Origin: a virus
DNA length: 64,000 bases
Strand: one strand, 5' to 3'
Virus record (IMG/VR): IMGVR_UViG_3300045988_130750
Span: 1 to 64,000 of that record
Shown in pieces: positions 1-9,109 of the stretch. Every line of letters starts with the position of its first letter. The first letter of the stretch is position 1. The position numbers and the translations under genes were made by a program. The notes beneath the pieces were generated by a model. That model was not told the origin of the DNA, did not search any database, and saw nothing but the letters and a program-made list of their open reading frames with translations.

Positions 1-339
1 ATGAAAAATACACAAAACATTGCATCATTAATAGCACAACTTGAATATGAAGTTGGGAGAGAGTGTTACAATCCCAATTCATATGATGGTTATACAGGAA
101 TAGAAGGACTTGGATATAGATATCCTGTAAAAGTATATCAGAACGAAGATATGAGAACATATCGTGGCTTGATTACTTCAATTTCTCCATCTGAGGTTCA
201 TACTATGAAATATGTATTCGGATCTAATCATTTATTTATCGGTAAAGGTATATATAATATACTCAATGAACTTGAAAAGAGATATGGACTAGATTTTAAT
301 AAGATGGAAGAAGAATTTGAGAAAGAAGATAAGAATTAA
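1..339 (+). CDS. hypothetical protein (112 aa)
   Basis: ORF track; ATG at window position 1, stop at 337-339; no motif recognised; may be cut by the window edge. Confidence 0.4.
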   Translation: MKNTQNIASLIAQLEYEVGRECYNPNSYDGYTGIEGLGYRYPVKVYQNEDMRTYRGLITSISPSEVHTMKYVFGSNHLFIGKGIYNILNELEKRYGLDFNKMEEEFEKEDKN

Positions 340-518
340 CATTCCGACTCTAATCCATCATAAACACCTTTACCAAGAATTCGTTCCTCAACAATTTTAA
401 GAATGTCCCGATATTCCTGTTGAGTACAATTTTCATACAACAAACGTTTTGTAATATGATCAGCAATATAAGATTCTTTCTCATGTTGAATCATTTGTTG
501 TTCGATAGAATTTAACAT
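336..518 (-). CDS. hypothetical small protein (60 aa)
   Basis: ORF track; convergent with 1-339 (4-nt overlap); no motif. Confidence 0.3.
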   Translation of the reverse strand: MLNSIEQQMIQHEKESYIADHITKRLLYENCTQQEYRDILKIVEERILGKGVYDGLESEC

Positions 519-549
519 ATTTTCACCTGCTTTCTGAAAGGAGATATTT

Positions 550-996
550 ATGACTTTAAATTATGATTGTATAAGAGATGTTTTATTATATCTTGAAGAT
601 ACGCTTGAATATACTGATAATCAAATGGCTATGACACATAAAAGATTAACTATTAGTAGTATTGCAAATGCTTTATCATCTTATTCTAAAGAAGACATAC
701 AATATACAATAGAAAAACTTTTTGAGGCAAGATATATCCGTATTGTTGATATTATACATGATAAAAATGGTTATATATCATCTGGCTATGTGGATGACAT
801 CACTTGGGATGGATATAATTTTCTAAATAACATCCGTGAAAAATCTATTTGGGAAGCAACCAAAGCTGGTGCTAAGAAAGTTGGAGCTATGTCTATATCT
901 GCTATAAATATGATTTCTTTTGAGATTGTAAAAGCTGTTGTAACCAATCAAGAAGTAATTAGTAAGATTGTTGCTCATATTCCGTGGGCGAAATAA
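550..996 (+). CDS. winged-helix DUF2513/YjcQ-like protein with hydrophobic C-terminal segment
   Basis: AAAGGAG RBS upstream; N-terminal CIRDVLLYLED...IEKLFEARYI pattern resembles DUF2513/YjcQ phage wHTH proteins (recognised from memory only). Confidence 0.45.
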   Translation: MTLNYDCIRDVLLYLEDTLEYTDNQMAMTHKRLTISSIANALSSYSKEDIQYTIEKLFEARYIRIVDIIHDKNGYISSGYVDDITWDGYNFLNNIREKSIWEATKAGAKKVGAMSISAINMISFEIVKAVVTNQEVISKIVAHIPWAK

Positions 997-1079
997 TGAT
1001 GAAATCACTTAAACATATGTTCAGACTATACCACAAGAAAAGAGTAGTGAGAATATTAAAAGAATAGAGAACTTAAAAA

Positions 1080-1280
1080 TTAAAGTGAGAGAGGCTTAAA
1101 TGCAACCTCTCTCATAATATCTTCGTTATATATTTTTAATTTAAAATCTAATGTTTTTGACAATTTTAATTGGCTTTTGAAAAACGGATATTTTTTAATA
1201 AATATTCTATCCCGTATATCTTCTAAAACCATCAAATAATAATCGTCACTAAAATAATCATTTGTAAAATATATTCCCAT
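1080..1280 (-). CDS. hypothetical protein (66 aa)
   Basis: ORF track; overlaps the 3' end of 1258-1923 by 23 nt (operon-like). Confidence 0.35.
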   Translation of the reverse strand: MGIYFTNDYFSDDYYLMVLEDIRDRIFIKKYPFFKSQLKLSKTLDFKLKIYNEDIMREVAFKPLSL

Positions 1281-1923
1281 TCTTTTCTATTTTTCGGATT
1301 GTTTCAAAATTCAAATTATTATCTATCGTATCATCGAACTTTGACCCATCATCCACTACCTCCTGCATGATATTTTTCCATTGTCTAATTGTTAGTTGTT
1401 TTTTATTTTCAAAATAATGTTTTTGTGCCAAAATTTCAAAATTGTCTTTGTGCTTTGTCAATCCTGCAATTGCTGCTTTATACGGAAAATCTTTTGCTTT
1501 ATGTACGGTCATTACACCATCTGGAAATCCTAGTGTTAATCCAAGACTAAGGGTAATGATTTCAAATTCACTTCCGTTAAATCCACATATAATATCTCCA
1601 ATATCATATTGTTTCTTATTAACTATGTGTTCTTTATACATTTCATTGTATCTATTTAAAATAATATTTACAAAATCCTCATATGAAATATCAAATGTAT
1701 TATCTAAATTTGAGAAGCCGTTTACTTTATTATAAAAACAATATCCATCAAACAATTTAAAACTATTAATTGGATTACCAGTAACACCAAACATAATATT
1801 ACTGTTTAGTTTGATAATTTTATTAAACCCACTAGAGTGTTCATTTGTTTTAATATTTGTCGTTCTGTTATCACAAGATAGTACACATATGCTATCGGTT
1901 ATAACTGCTTGAATTATACTCAT
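1258..1923 (-). CDS. Ntn-hydrolase, proteasome beta / HslV-like protein
   Basis: GGGAGG RBS; N-terminus MS-IIQAVITDSICVLSCDNRTT...GFNKIIKL...FGVTGN follows the proteasome-beta/HslV pattern (N-terminal Ser/Thr nucleophile, D-x-R, K, G-x-x-G). Confidence 0.4.
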   Translation of the reverse strand: MSIIQAVITDSICVLSCDNRTTNIKTNEHSSGFNKIIKLNSNIMFGVTGNPINSFKLFDGYCFYNKVNGFSNLDNTFDISYEDFVNIILNRYNEMYKEHIVNKKQYDIGDIICGFNGSEFEIITLSLGLTLGFPDGVMTVHKAKDFPYKAAIAGLTKHKDNFEILAQKHYFENKKQLTIRQWKNIMQEVVDDGSKFDDTIDNNLNFETIRKIEKNGNIFYK

Positions 1924-2288
1924 AGTAACCTCCCAATCATTTGTATTTTAGCTACATCACATAATAATAAATTGTATAATTAAAACTTATTATATATCTT
2001 ATATACACTATAAACACATCTCCAATTTGTCGAAAAATGTCGGATAAGGTGCTTGAACTAATGTTTGGGATATTCAAGAACTTTAAGAGATGATAAGATA
2101 ATCAATGTACAGGACAGACTGTGAACGCACCACAGTCTTGTGCGTTGTCCTGTCATGCAACTAAATAATTTCACATTTCCTAGTTCTTAGGAGGAAAGTG
2201 AGTGTAACGCTCTTGGAAGAAAAACATCTTGTGGGTTCTCCACACCGAATTCCCGACCGTTATCTACATCACGGAAAGGAGGTGAAAA

Positions 2289-2444
2289 ATGGCAGAACTT
2301 GTACTCACATTTATTGTGAAGATTGCTGGATTAGCATTATGTTATTATCTGGTACATAATATCTTTTCTAAAAGAACTAAAAGCTTTCATTTATCTGCAA
2401 GTCAAAGCGGAATTGAAGTAGATAGTACTTTCTATGAAGAGTAG
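2289..2444 (+). CDS. small hydrophobic peptide (51 aa), candidate type I toxin
   Basis: GAAAGGAGG RBS 6 nt upstream of ATG; MAELVLTFIVKIAGLALCYYLVHNIF = one TM helix plus polar tail; own terminator; below the 60-aa cutoff of the ORF track. Confidence 0.45.
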   Translation: MAELVLTFIVKIAGLALCYYLVHNIFSKRTKSFHLSASQSGIEVDSTFYEE

Positions 2445-2500
2445 TTTTTCATCATCAATAGTTTCATCATTGTGTCAAGAGTAGGAGAGTATCATCATCA

Positions 2501-2544
2501 AAGTAGAGTCTGTACACCAATTACAGGCTCTACTTATTTATATT
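2501..2544 (+). terminator. rho-independent terminator of the 2289-2444 unit
   Basis: AAGTAGAGTCTGTA / TACAGGCTCTACTT 14-bp stem (one mismatch) followed by ATTTATATT. Confidence 0.6.
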
Positions 2545-2600
2545 CTACAAAACCTGCTATATGTATTAATCCAACGCAACCACACGCCAATGTGATTCAT

Positions 2601-2618
2601 CATTATATTCTCCCAAAA
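2601..2618 (-). promoter_or_regulatory. recurrent GGAGAATA-type promoter-like motif
   Basis: minus-sense TTTTGGGAGAATATAATG; points toward the 3' end of the 2289-2444 ORF. Confidence 0.35.
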
Positions 2619-2729
2619 TACTATCAAGAGAGTCCTTTTTAAAATATCCTTGATCATGTATCTGTACATAGACACCTGAAATATCAAGAATGACGATATG
2701 TACCAAATCTGGTTGAACTGTTGTTACCA

Positions 2730-3527
2730 TTATGCCACCTCCAAATATCCATATTTACGAAGCAGCTTAGTTATGTAAGAGATACCGTCAGGATAAATTC
2801 TTGTCTGCAAATGAGCAGTTCCATCAGGTGCAATAGCAGGAATAGCAGTGAACTTACCTTTCATAACAGGTTTCTCATATGGAACATTATCTCCATTTTC
2901 ATTCTTGAAAAGCAGTCCAACATTTCTCATGTAAGAAAATAGATTGTATTCACCAATTCCTATAAAGTGTGCAATTTCATTTACAGAGAATGTTCCTTTT
3001 ATGTTCATTAGGAGCTTCCAATCCTTTTCGGTTTCTTCCAATGACTTTATTCTCTTTTTCTGATTGACAATGATTTCATCTTTGTGTTTGATCGTTTCGT
3101 TTGCAATCTGAACAGCTCTTGCCAAGAATAACTCATTTGATTCGTCTTCTTTGATAGGTATGTATCCACCTGTTTGACGAATCTGTGGTAAAACTTCCTG
3201 TGTCACCCATTTACGGAATTTCCTTGCATTCTTCGCTTTAGACTCAAGTATTAAATCATATAATGCGTCTTCCGTAATCCTTGTATTGTCAAAATTTGTG
3301 TCTAAATCAATAATTTCAAAGTTGTCACTTGGTGACAACCCTTTAATATCAAGGGTTTCACAGATATTAACGATTTTATCTTTACGCAAGTACGGTTTTC
3401 CTTTAGCAATTTTAGTATAACCTAAACATCTACACTCCTCGCCCAAAAAAAAGTAAATACCATCATCCGTGTTGTTCACAGACAATTCTCCAAAATCTGT
3501 GTTGCTAAAAATTTTCAGTTCATTCAT
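2730..3527 (-). CDS. phage antirepressor (Bro-N-like N-terminus, KilA-C/ANT-like C-terminus)
   Basis: GGAGG RBS; N-terminal F..FGEL...YFFLGEECRCLGY (Bro-N-like) and C-terminal TFSVNEIAHFIGIGEYNLFSYMRNVGLL...PYEKPVMKGKF (KilAC-like). Confidence 0.7.
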   Translation of the reverse strand: MNELKIFSNTDFGELSVNNTDDGIYFFLGEECRCLGYTKIAKGKPYLRKDKIVNICETLDIKGLSPSDNFEIIDLDTNFDNTRITEDALYDLILESKAKNARKFRKWVTQEVLPQIRQTGGYIPIKEDESNELFLARAVQIANETIKHKDEIIVNQKKRIKSLEETEKDWKLLMNIKGTFSVNEIAHFIGIGEYNLFSYMRNVGLLFKNENGDNVPYEKPVMKGKFTAIPAIAPDGTAHLQTRIYPDGISYITKLLRKYGYLEVA

Positions 3528-3644
3528 TTAATTTCCTCCATATCTTGAAAAATAATTCAACATAGAGTAAAATGAAATATGTCTAGTAATAGACTATGTA
3601 TGAGAATCGCTTCAATCTTGGGAGGAGAGGGCGGTTCTCACTTT

Positions 3645-3827
3645 TTATTCTCTTTCTAATATTTTGTCTGTTATGAAATTCAAGCCTTTTCGAACTAATT
3701 CTGCCTTTGATTTTCCTGTAATATCACAACATTTTTCCAAGTCCTCATTTTCCTTATCGGTCAATCTAACAAACAGTTTATGATTTCTTGGATTATCAGA
3801 AAGAGGTCGTCCCATTTTCGTAGACAT
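3645..3827 (-). CDS. small ribbon-helix-helix / Cro-like regulator
   Basis: 60 aa; GRPLSDNPRNHKLFVRLTDKENEDLEKCCDITGKSKAELVRKGL fits a beta-strand plus two-helix RHH pattern; divergent from the XRE repressor. Confidence 0.5.
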   Translation of the reverse strand: MSTKMGRPLSDNPRNHKLFVRLTDKENEDLEKCCDITGKSKAELVRKGLNFITDKILERE

Positions 3828-4001
3828 ATAACACCTACTTTCTGTCTATCAACAAGTACAAGATAATAATACTTTATGATAGGCGAAAAGTCAAGTGCTA
3901 TTTATATAAAAGTTGATTTTCTTTCCAAGAATTTCAGTTTCTTGGATGACTGATAAAACGACATCATTATCCATAATGACACCTCCTTTTGAAAAAATAT
4001 A

Positions 4002-4030
4002 TTGAATGTTTCAAAAGGAACGTGTATACT
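4002..4030 (+). promoter_or_regulatory. sigma-A-like promoter of a candidate ~70-nt sRNA
   Basis: TTGAAT (4002-4007), 17 nt, TATACT (4025-4030); overlaps the left arm of a 12-bp inverted repeat. Confidence 0.3.
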
Positions 4031-4063
4031 ATGTATTGTACAAACGTGATATACACGTTCCTA

Positions 4064-4102
4064 AATCCTTACTAAACTTTGGTCGGTGGAGTAAGGATTT
4101 TT
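4064..4102 (+). terminator. rho-independent terminator in the switch region
   Basis: AATCCTTACT / AGTAAGGATT 10-bp stem followed by TTT. Confidence 0.5.
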
Positions 4103-4107
4103 CATAT

Positions 4108-4137
4108 TTGACTAAAACATCAAATATGTGATATATT
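4108..4137 (+). promoter_or_regulatory. promoter of the XRE repressor gene
   Basis: TTGACT (4108-4113), 18 nt, TG-n-TATATT extended -10 (4129-4137). Confidence 0.5.
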
Positions 4138-4232
4138 CATAGTATATAGTAGTATAAATCAAAAGTCAATATGAAAATTACAAAAATGTATTTTTTTCAA
4201 AAAATGCAAAAAACATCAAAAAGGTATATGGC

Positions 4233-5093
4233 ATGGATAATGAATTATTAGTAAAATCAATTAGAAAACTTTGTAAAGAAAACAACATCACACCAGCTCA
4301 ATTAGAAACAAAATTAAACTTTGGAGCTGGACTGATTAGCAGATGGTCTAAGAGTTCCCCATCTATAGATAAAATAATAGATATTGCAGACTACTTTAAT
4401 GTTACATTAGATGAAGTAGTTGGACGTGATATAGAACTAAATAATAGTCAAGACAATGATTTATTAATATCTCTTATACAAATGACTAATAGTAAAGAAA
4501 TTAAATGGGAATATATTCCTAATTATGAGAATTTACAATTAAATGGAATGTCATACGATGAAGTATTCTCTTTAGATTCTTACGGTGACGAAGATATAGA
4601 AATATATAAATGCAAATATCATGATAGTAATTTATTTCTAATAGCGCGATATATTATAATAGATGGTATTATAAATAATCTTCTTATAGAATTATATTTG
4701 CAGCCAGATATGGAATCTCGACCTGTTATTCAGGAAATTGACGAAAGTTATGCAGAAAATTTTTGGATTAATATTCGAAAACAATATAAGGGAATTCCTG
4801 ATGAATTAAAAGCAGATGTAATAAAAAATCAAATCATTAATCAGGATTTTGAAATTACACTTGATACCATGGAACAGTATATCAGTAAAATTCCTAATAA
4901 TAAAAAAGATATTGAAAAATTGTTAAAAGATAAAAATGCTAAAAAAGTTTTAATCGAAGAAGATGATCCACTTATACAGCAATTAGTATCTACATTTTCA
5001 AATCAAAAATTAGCACAAACCATTGATGCTACCAATAAATTAATTCAATATATGTCTGAAATTGATAAGTTACGAAATAAGAAAGATAAATAG
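4233..5093 (+). CDS. XRE-family HTH repressor (CI-like) with large C-terminal domain
   Basis: N-terminus SIRKLCKENNITPAQLETKLNFGAGLISRWSKSSPSIDKIIDIADYFNVTLDEVVG is a canonical Cro/C1 HTH; divergent from RHH and antirepressor genes. Confidence 0.75.
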   Translation: MDNELLVKSIRKLCKENNITPAQLETKLNFGAGLISRWSKSSPSIDKIIDIADYFNVTLDEVVGRDIELNNSQDNDLLISLIQMTNSKEIKWEYIPNYENLQLNGMSYDEVFSLDSYGDEDIEIYKCKYHDSNLFLIARYIIIDGIINNLLIELYLQPDMESRPVIQEIDESYAENFWINIRKQYKGIPDELKADVIKNQIINQDFEITLDTMEQYISKIPNNKKDIEKLLKDKNAKKVLIEEDDPLIQQLVSTFSNQKLAQTIDATNKLIQYMSEIDKLRNKKDK

Positions 5094-5187
5094 AATGGAT
5101 GTTTTATCTATTGATTTTTTGGATGTATTGAAGAGTTGAATATATCACAAAGAGCAGAATATTAAGTTCTGCTCTTTTCTTTGAATG

Positions 5188-5427
5188 TTAATTCTTAAAT
5201 TTGTTTTCCAAAAGGCATTGATTTCCAATAAATCTTGCCTCATCCCAACCATTTTTCTGTGCTTCGGCAATAGTCCATTCTTGAACTTTAGGTGTAACCT
5301 TTTGCATTTCTTCATCATCGTGAGACTGATTATAAAGTCCTAAGACTTTTTTAGTATCCATGATGATACAAGGATCATTTTTTGACCTATCATCTGGATC
5401 TGGTAATATATACTTTGCCAATTTCAT
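5188..5427 (-). CDS. hypothetical protein (79 aa)
   Basis: strong AAAGGAGG RBS; no motif. Confidence 0.55.
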   Translation of the reverse strand: MKLAKYILPDPDDRSKNDPCIIMDTKKVLGLYNQSHDDEEMQKVTPKVQEWTIAEAQKNGWDEARFIGNQCLLENKFKN

Positions 5428-5649
5428 ATTTCCTCCTTTCCTGGAAATTTGCGATATATTATCGTATTTCCATTATATAACATTATTAGACACAATACTA
5501 TTGTAAATATATATTCAAATTTAATTTTTCTGCATAATAAAAGAGTCAACTACAAAGTAATTGACTCTTATAATATATATACAATTTTATATTCCTTATA
5601 AAGTTTTTAAAATTTCTCTCCAATAATTCAATCTAAATCTTACTGATTT

Positions 5650-7260
5650 TTAACTACATTGTTTTCTTTCTTGGTATAATGCATCTAATTTAGGAACTAA
5701 GCCTGGATTATTTTTTACAAATTTTTCAAATTCTATAAGTATTTTATTATTTACTTCTTCTAATTTTATCTTGTTTAAATTTTTATTTAAAAGTGCATCG
5801 TCTTCACTTGTTAAATCCGATGAAAACCTAAATATGAATCCTCTTATATTTTGTACCTTTCTATTACAACATGTGGAAATTGAACTGACTGATATTTTTT
5901 GACCAAAGATTTCTTCAGATTTTTTAGATAATTCAGCACTAGACTTGAAAATCATTCCATTATTAAGACAGATAACTTCTCTCAAATTAAGTGGTAAATT
6001 GCCTTTATGAAATTGAAATCGAGTTTTTTCAAATTCAGCATCATAATTACATATACCAGCTTTTCTTCCATAATTTAACCAACGCCTAATAGTAGTTTCT
6101 CCAAATTTTAATTTATTTGCTATATCAAAAGTTGTATAACTAGGATTCTCATTCTTTAAATTTATTGCTATTATTTGATAATTTGTCAATGATTCTCGTT
6201 CGCATCTTTCCCATGAAATATCATTTAAATCAAATATTTTTCCTAAATTATTTAAGACTGATTGTTTGAAATCATTTTGATCAGAAACTCGAATAACTTT
6301 ATAGCCGTTATCAATTGCACATTTATCTTTTGCATCATCTATAAATTTTGATTCTTCTGCTGTCTGACCACTCATTAAATTATCTGTTCTATGAAATCCA
6401 CCATCTGTTTCTATAATAAGTTTCATACTTTCTATAACAAAATCAAAAATTCCATATGATGCTTTTTCTTTATAAACATTATAAAAATTACACCAATCGA
6501 ATTTTATTTCTGTATCATATGAATCAATTTGATTTAAATTTACCAATTGGTTTAAAAGGCTTCTCATATATTTCGAAATTTTAGATAATGAATCGCTACA
6601 TTCACAAGGGAAGCCGTGATATTTATGTAATTCTGATATTTTATATAAATATTTTGAAACTTTCCCGCAATTTTGACATATAGGCTTTATTTGATGACTG
6701 CTTGTATGTGTATAGTTTTTTGCTTCATCATACCCACCTTGAAAATATGGTATCATCCAAGGATCTGTTGTAGGTATATCGTTAATTCCATGAACAACTA
6801 CTTTGTTGGAACAACAAGGACATTTTTGCCCCCATTTTAAATTCCTTTCTGAAATAAAATAATTATCGTATCCGCAAGTATTACATTTTACATTGTAACC
6901 ATACTTAAATTCTATTTTATTATCTTTTCTATTAATTTTTTGTTTGGTTAAATCAACTACTGTGAAATTATTATCGTCGTTTATTATTTTATCGCCTATA
7001 TTATATAAATAAATATGCTCTTTTTTATAACCAATCAATTTCCCTATACGTGCTTTCAATAAATCCTCAGACGTTAAACTTTTACTTACATCTCCATACT
7101 TTAACACGATGTTGTATTTCCCATTTGTATTATAATCAATAATTTGCAACTTTCCACTTACTGACTCATATACAAAATCTATATACATTCCAATACTTTT
7201 ATTCCATAAAATTTGACCATTCGATCTTTTAGGTAAGTTTTCAAAAAATAATTTCTTCAT
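5650..7260 (-). CDS. homing-endonuclease-like protein, Vsr/DUF559-type PD-(D/E)XK nuclease with Zn ribbons and C-terminal HTH
   Basis: start moved to ATG 7260 (GAGGA RBS); CxxC...CPCC ribbons; FDFVIESMKLIIETDGGFH...DKCAIDNGYKVIRV matches the DUF559/Vsr core (D-hhhE-x-D/N-G-x-x-H...hhR); paralogue of 55130-56164. Confidence 0.6.
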   Translation of the reverse strand: MKKLFFENLPKRSNGQILWNKSIGMYIDFVYESVSGKLQIIDYNTNGKYNIVLKYGDVSKSLTSEDLLKARIGKLIGYKKEHIYLYNIGDKIINDDNNFTVVDLTKQKINRKDNKIEFKYGYNVKCNTCGYDNYFISERNLKWGQKCPCCSNKVVVHGINDIPTTDPWMIPYFQGGYDEAKNYTHTSSHQIKPICQNCGKVSKYLYKISELHKYHGFPCECSDSLSKISKYMRSLLNQLVNLNQIDSYDTEIKFDWCNFYNVYKEKASYGIFDFVIESMKLIIETDGGFHRTDNLMSGQTAEESKFIDDAKDKCAIDNGYKVIRVSDQNDFKQSVLNNLGKIFDLNDISWERCERESLTNYQIIAINLKNENPSYTTFDIANKLKFGETTIRRWLNYGRKAGICNYDAEFEKTRFQFHKGNLPLNLREVICLNNGMIFKSSAELSKKSEEIFGQKISVSSISTCCNRKVQNIRGFIFRFSSDLTSEDDALLNKNLNKIKLEEVNNKILIEFEKFVKNNPGLVPKLDALYQERKQCS

Positions 7261-7312
7261 ATAATTCCTCACTTTCAATTAAAAATTTGCAATAAAAAGA
7301 GTGGTCAATTAT

Positions 7313-7489
7313 TTATTCTCTCTTTGACCACTCTGACGTTAATGTATTTAATTTTTCATCTTTGATATAAACCCAAAACATTTTATGTGTTTCAGGATGT
7401 AGTCCTACTAGCTCATATCTAATTCCATGAGATGTTAAGAAATCTCTAAGTGGAATAGAGTAGCAGGGAAATAATTTTGATTGTTTCAT
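7313..7489 (-). CDS. small phage protein (58 aa), DUF5659-like
   Basis: ATG at 7489 with AAAAGGAA RBS; below the ORF-track cutoff; followed by a terminator hairpin at 7299-7332. Confidence 0.45.
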   Translation of the reverse strand: MKQSKLFPCYSIPLRDFLTSHGIRYELVGLHPETHKMFWVYIKDEKLNTLTSEWSKRE

Positions 7490-7574
7490 TCCTTTTAATC
7501 CTTAATTTTGTGCATAATAAAAAGCCTACCTAATTAAAGACAGGCTCTTTTATGTTTTTGTGATATAAAAATAC

Positions 7575-8582
7575 CTATATTTCTTTTATTGCATCTTTAA
7601 AGAACTGCAATCTACCATTTACCATTTCGGCACTGGAGGTAGCGTTTGAACAATATTGCAGATAATCTAAATTTGTATCATAAGATGCTAAAAACTCATT
7701 GAGCCATTCCATATACTTAGAAGTAGACTTTGAATCTCTAACCATTCGATACATTCCATAAACACACATAGGAATCGTGCTAATTTTAATTTTGATATTT
7801 TCTGGAAGTTCTTCATTTAACTTATCTAATGCTTTTCGCAAATTATCAATTTTCTTTTCAACAAATGATTTTTCATTTGGATCAGCAATTTTGTCATTAT
7901 AATACTCAATAAACTTATTCATATCTACACTTTTGAATGAAGTAAAATTGTTCTTGTCTGTCTTTTCTGTAAGCATCAAACATTGAATCACGATATCTCT
8001 ATCAAGATTCTTTTTGAACTGAGCAACAGATAAAACCTTTTCAAAGAACGGATGGGCAGCGAGAGAGTACACAATTTCTCTGACTTCTTTACTTTGAATT
8101 GTACTTCTTTTCTGACCATTTGTTAATTGGTGTCCCATGTTGATACGTTCAAAAATATCAGAAATCTCTTCTTCAGTTGCATCTGTCATTGTAATAATAG
8201 AAATATCTCTATCGTTGAATCTTGACTGTACAACTTCATCAAGTTTGGAAAACTTCTTTCCTGCGATTTCATATTCAGTTCCATCAATTGTTAATGGTTT
8301 CAGATCTTTTGACAATTTAAATTCGTCATTTGCGAAGGCTGCGATTGTAGTAAAACGTTGCTTAAAATCAACTACATCAATTTCTTTTGTATCGCTATGT
8401 TTATTTACAAGTGCAGGATACAAAGGATAGTTTCTTAAAAGAGTATCTATAAATAGTGATTTTTCTTTTGGTTTCCAAATACCAGCCCTACGTTGAATTG
8501 GTAAATCAAAATTATACTTTCCTTTATTAATTTCGCCTACCAATGAACGCAAACTTTTAGGACTTGTTTTTATATCTTCCAT
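7575..8582 (-). CDS. DUF262 (ParB/Srx-fold, GmrSD N-terminal-like) domain protein
   Basis: start moved to ATG 8582 (GAAGGAGG RBS); FDLPIQRRAGIWKPKEKSLFIDTLLRNYPLYPALV...FKQRFTTI fits the DUF262 signature; no DUF1524/HNH half present. Confidence 0.6.
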   Translation of the reverse strand: MEDIKTSPKSLRSLVGEINKGKYNFDLPIQRRAGIWKPKEKSLFIDTLLRNYPLYPALVNKHSDTKEIDVVDFKQRFTTIAAFANDEFKLSKDLKPLTIDGTEYEIAGKKFSKLDEVVQSRFNDRDISIITMTDATEEEISDIFERINMGHQLTNGQKRSTIQSKEVREIVYSLAAHPFFEKVLSVAQFKKNLDRDIVIQCLMLTEKTDKNNFTSFKSVDMNKFIEYYNDKIADPNEKSFVEKKIDNLRKALDKLNEELPENIKIKISTIPMCVYGMYRMVRDSKSTSKYMEWLNEFLASYDTNLDYLQYCSNATSSAEMVNGRLQFFKDAIKEI

Positions 8583-8929
8583 ATGTGTTACCTCCTTCAA
8601 AAAAATTGAAAATTTTTATATTTTGAAGATAACACAGATGGAATTTTTTGTAAAGATTTTTGGAAAATTTTGATTATTTTTCGTATTACATAAGTCGACA
8701 AAAACCTATGTTCTGGATTTATGAAGTTGGAAGTATATGGTAATATAATACCAGGCAAACTGCGACTGTATTACCACATTGCAGCCCATTGTCACGGCAA
8801 ATGCTTGGTATTCATACCATGTGGGAGTACCTTATGTAAGTGGTACTAGGATGAACATTTCAGTCCGTTCTGGACAAATACAAAATTCCTGAAAATGAAA
8901 TATCTTACAGGAAAGGAGGGTAGAAGAGA

Positions 8930-9109
8930 TTGTACATTGTTATATTATTTTGTGCAATCATCGGATTACTTGCGGTGCGTAGATATTTTAAATCACAAGA
9001 TCACGCCATTGATCAGATTGCTAATCATCCAGAAATATCCGATGAGAAAGCAGACGCTATCGCAAGAATTTCGACAAAACAACATAAAATCTTTAAGAAA
9101 GTTAGTTAA
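8930..9109 (+). CDS. small membrane peptide (59 aa, TTG start), candidate type I toxin
   Basis: GGAAAGGAGGG RBS 9 nt upstream of TTG; (M)YIVILFCAIIGLLAVRRYFK = N-terminal TM helix plus charged tail; own terminator; different frame from the implausible track ORF 8895-9239. Confidence 0.4.
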   Translation: MYIVILFCAIIGLLAVRRYFKSQDHAIDQIANHPEISDEKADAIARISTKQHKIFKKVS

